Origin: Acetobacterium wieringae
Lineage (GTDB): Bacteria; Bacillota; Clostridia; Eubacteriales; Eubacteriaceae
Assembly (NCBI RefSeq): GCF_001766835.1
Contig: NZ_LKEU01000026.1
Location: 56,089 to 88,088 of the forward strand
Direction: 5' to 3'
DNA: 32,000 nt
Each line of letters opens with the position of its first letter. Positions within the stretch are counted from its first letter, which is position 1. Position numbers and translations under genes: made by a program. Below the pieces are notes generated by a model. That model was given only the letters and a program-made list of their open reading frames with translations, made no database searches and was not told the DNA's origin. Below are positions 31,128 through 32,000 of the stretch, piece after piece.

Positions 31128-32000
31128 ATGAATAAAAAAATAGTGAACAAAGCCAATACAGTGAGACTTATTGTCATTATCGGTGTTATTATTATACCAC
31201 TTATGTATAGTTTTTTCTATCTCAGTGCCTTCTGGGATCCCTACTCAAAACTCAATAACCTGCCGGTGGCACTGGTCAATAACGATGCCGGTGCGACCAT
31301 TAATAATCAGCAGCGCAATCTGGGGGAAGAGTTTATTGATGAACTGATTAAGGATGGCACCTTTAAGTATGTAATCACCGACGAGGCCACCGCTAAAGCC
31401 GGTACCGAAAGTGATGATTACTATGCCATGATCGTGGTTCCAAAGAATTTCTCAAACAATATTGCCTCAGCGGCGACGGTCAATAAGCAGACCGCCAGCA
31501 TTATCTTTTCACCCAACGAAAAACGAAATTATCTGGCCAGTCAGATCCTCGGAAAAGCTGAAATGCAAATGGAAACCAGCTTAAGAGAAAGCATTTCTGG
31601 CGAGATTGTCAATAATTTGACCGATCAGGTGGCCAAGGTGCCCGGTCAGTTGGGTACTCTGAATGATGGTTTAACCCAGCTTTCCAGCGGCTCAGCGCAA
31701 CTTTTGAGCGGTTCCCAGACCTTAGCGAACGGTACCTATTCGCTGGCCGCCGGTTCCCAGGAATTGGCAACCGGTTCAGAAACCCTGGCCGCAGGGACTC
31801 AGGCCCTGGCCGCTGGCAGTCAAACTCTAGCCGATGGCACCCAAACTTTGGCCGCTGGAACATCACAGTTTGCCGCCAAGTTCTCTGATTTCAACGATGG
31901 CATCAGTAGTCTGAAAAGTGGCTCAGCCCAGGTTAGTTCCGGTGCTGAGTCGTTGGCCGCCGGAACGGACCAGCTCAATCAGGGGATCGCGGCCTATACG
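31128..32000 (+). CDS. YhgE/Pip-domain membrane protein, N-terminal part (continues beyond window end)
   Basis: AAAGGAG RBS. MNKKIVNKANTVRLIVIIGVIIIPLMYSFFYLSAFWDPYSKLNNLPVALVNND is the typical YhgE/Pip N-terminus, followed by a long xxxLxxG repeat region. No stop in the window, so it is absent from the ORF track. Confidence 0.85.
   Translation, partial: MNKKIVNKANTVRLIVIIGVIIIPLMYSFFYLSAFWDPYSKLNNLPVALVNNDAGATINNQQRNLGEEFIDELIKDGTFKYVITDEATAKAGTESDDYYAMIVVPKNFSNNIASAATVNKQTASIIFSPNEKRNYLASQILGKAEMQMETSLRESISGEIVNNLTDQVAKVPGQLGTLNDGLTQLSSGSAQLLSGSQTLANGTYSLAAGSQELATGSETLAAGTQALAAGSQTLADGTQTLAAGTSQFAAKFSDFNDGISSLKSGSAQVSSGAESLAAGTDQLNQGIAAYT
31650..32000 (+). repeat. In-frame 21-bp (heptad) degenerate tandem repeat inside yhgE/pip
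   Basis: Gly falls at every 7th codon for at least 16 consecutive units: LGTLNDG LTQLSSG SAQLLSG SQTLANG TYSLAAG SQELATG SETLAAG TQALAAG SQTLADG TQTLAAG TSQFAAK FSDFNDG ISSLKSG SAQVSSG AESLAAG TDQLNQG. Confidence 0.9.

Noticed and set aside
31609-31866. 85-aa minus-strand ORF from the track
   Set aside because: It is a mirror artefact of the GC-rich 21-bp periodic repeat in yhgE/pip, and it contains no independent signals.
1-32000. Search for CRISPR arrays, tRNA/rRNA genes, transposase/integrase genes, in-frame TGA (selenocysteine) or frameshift-split genes
   Set aside because: I saw no regularly spaced direct repeats with unique spacers and no cloverleaf-like or rRNA-like segments in the intergenic gaps. 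No recombinase-like ORFs are present. Every conserved gene reads as a single intact frame, so there is no evidence of recoding.

Overview
This window is the replication-origin-proximal core chromosome of a Bacillota genome. Gene order looks Clostridia/Eubacteriales-like, but the species cannot be determined from sequence alone. Almost everything is on the + strand. In order:
- A 5'-truncated view of dnaA (minus strand) diverges across a DnaA-box array from rpmH-rnpA-yidD-yidC-jag-mnmE-mnmG-rsmG.
- Two tandem perfect parS palindromes precede parA-parB.
- An envelope block follows: an orphan polytopic protein with an acidic tail, cvpA-like, MscS-family, DUF951 and SpoIIM-like genes.
- Then rpsF-ssb-rpsR, yybS-gdpP-rplI-dnaB, a COG2509-type FAD protein and rsmI.
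- A methionine T-box leader precedes metG, which converges on a minus-strand trxA.
- Next come an in-frame Orn/Lys/Arg-decarboxylase::thymidylate-kinase fusion ORF, a small DUF2007-like protein, holB and ricT (yaaT).
- A visibly AT-rich redox islet follows: 2x[4Fe-4S] ferredoxin, rubredoxin, a 2TM+PH-like protein, an Isf-like flavoprotein and a second thioredoxin.
- The window ends in the 5' part of a YhgE/Pip-family protein with a 21-bp-periodic heptad repeat.

I found no rRNA, tRNA, CRISPR array, transposase, integrase or obvious defence genes, and no convincing novel multi-gene system; this is mostly conserved housekeeping synteny. Four items are most worth a second look:
- the about 225-bp nested palindromic element between metG and trxA, which implies overlapping complementary 3' UTRs or a MITE/REP-like insert;
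- the decarboxylase-tmk fusion, which carries an internal RBS and ATG;
- the DUF2007-like gene sitting where Bacillus has darA;
- the twin parS sites and the redox islet.

Three real genes are missing from the supplied ORF track because they are under 60 aa: rpmH, ferredoxin and rubredoxin. Two more are missing because they run off the window edges: dnaA and yhgE/pip.
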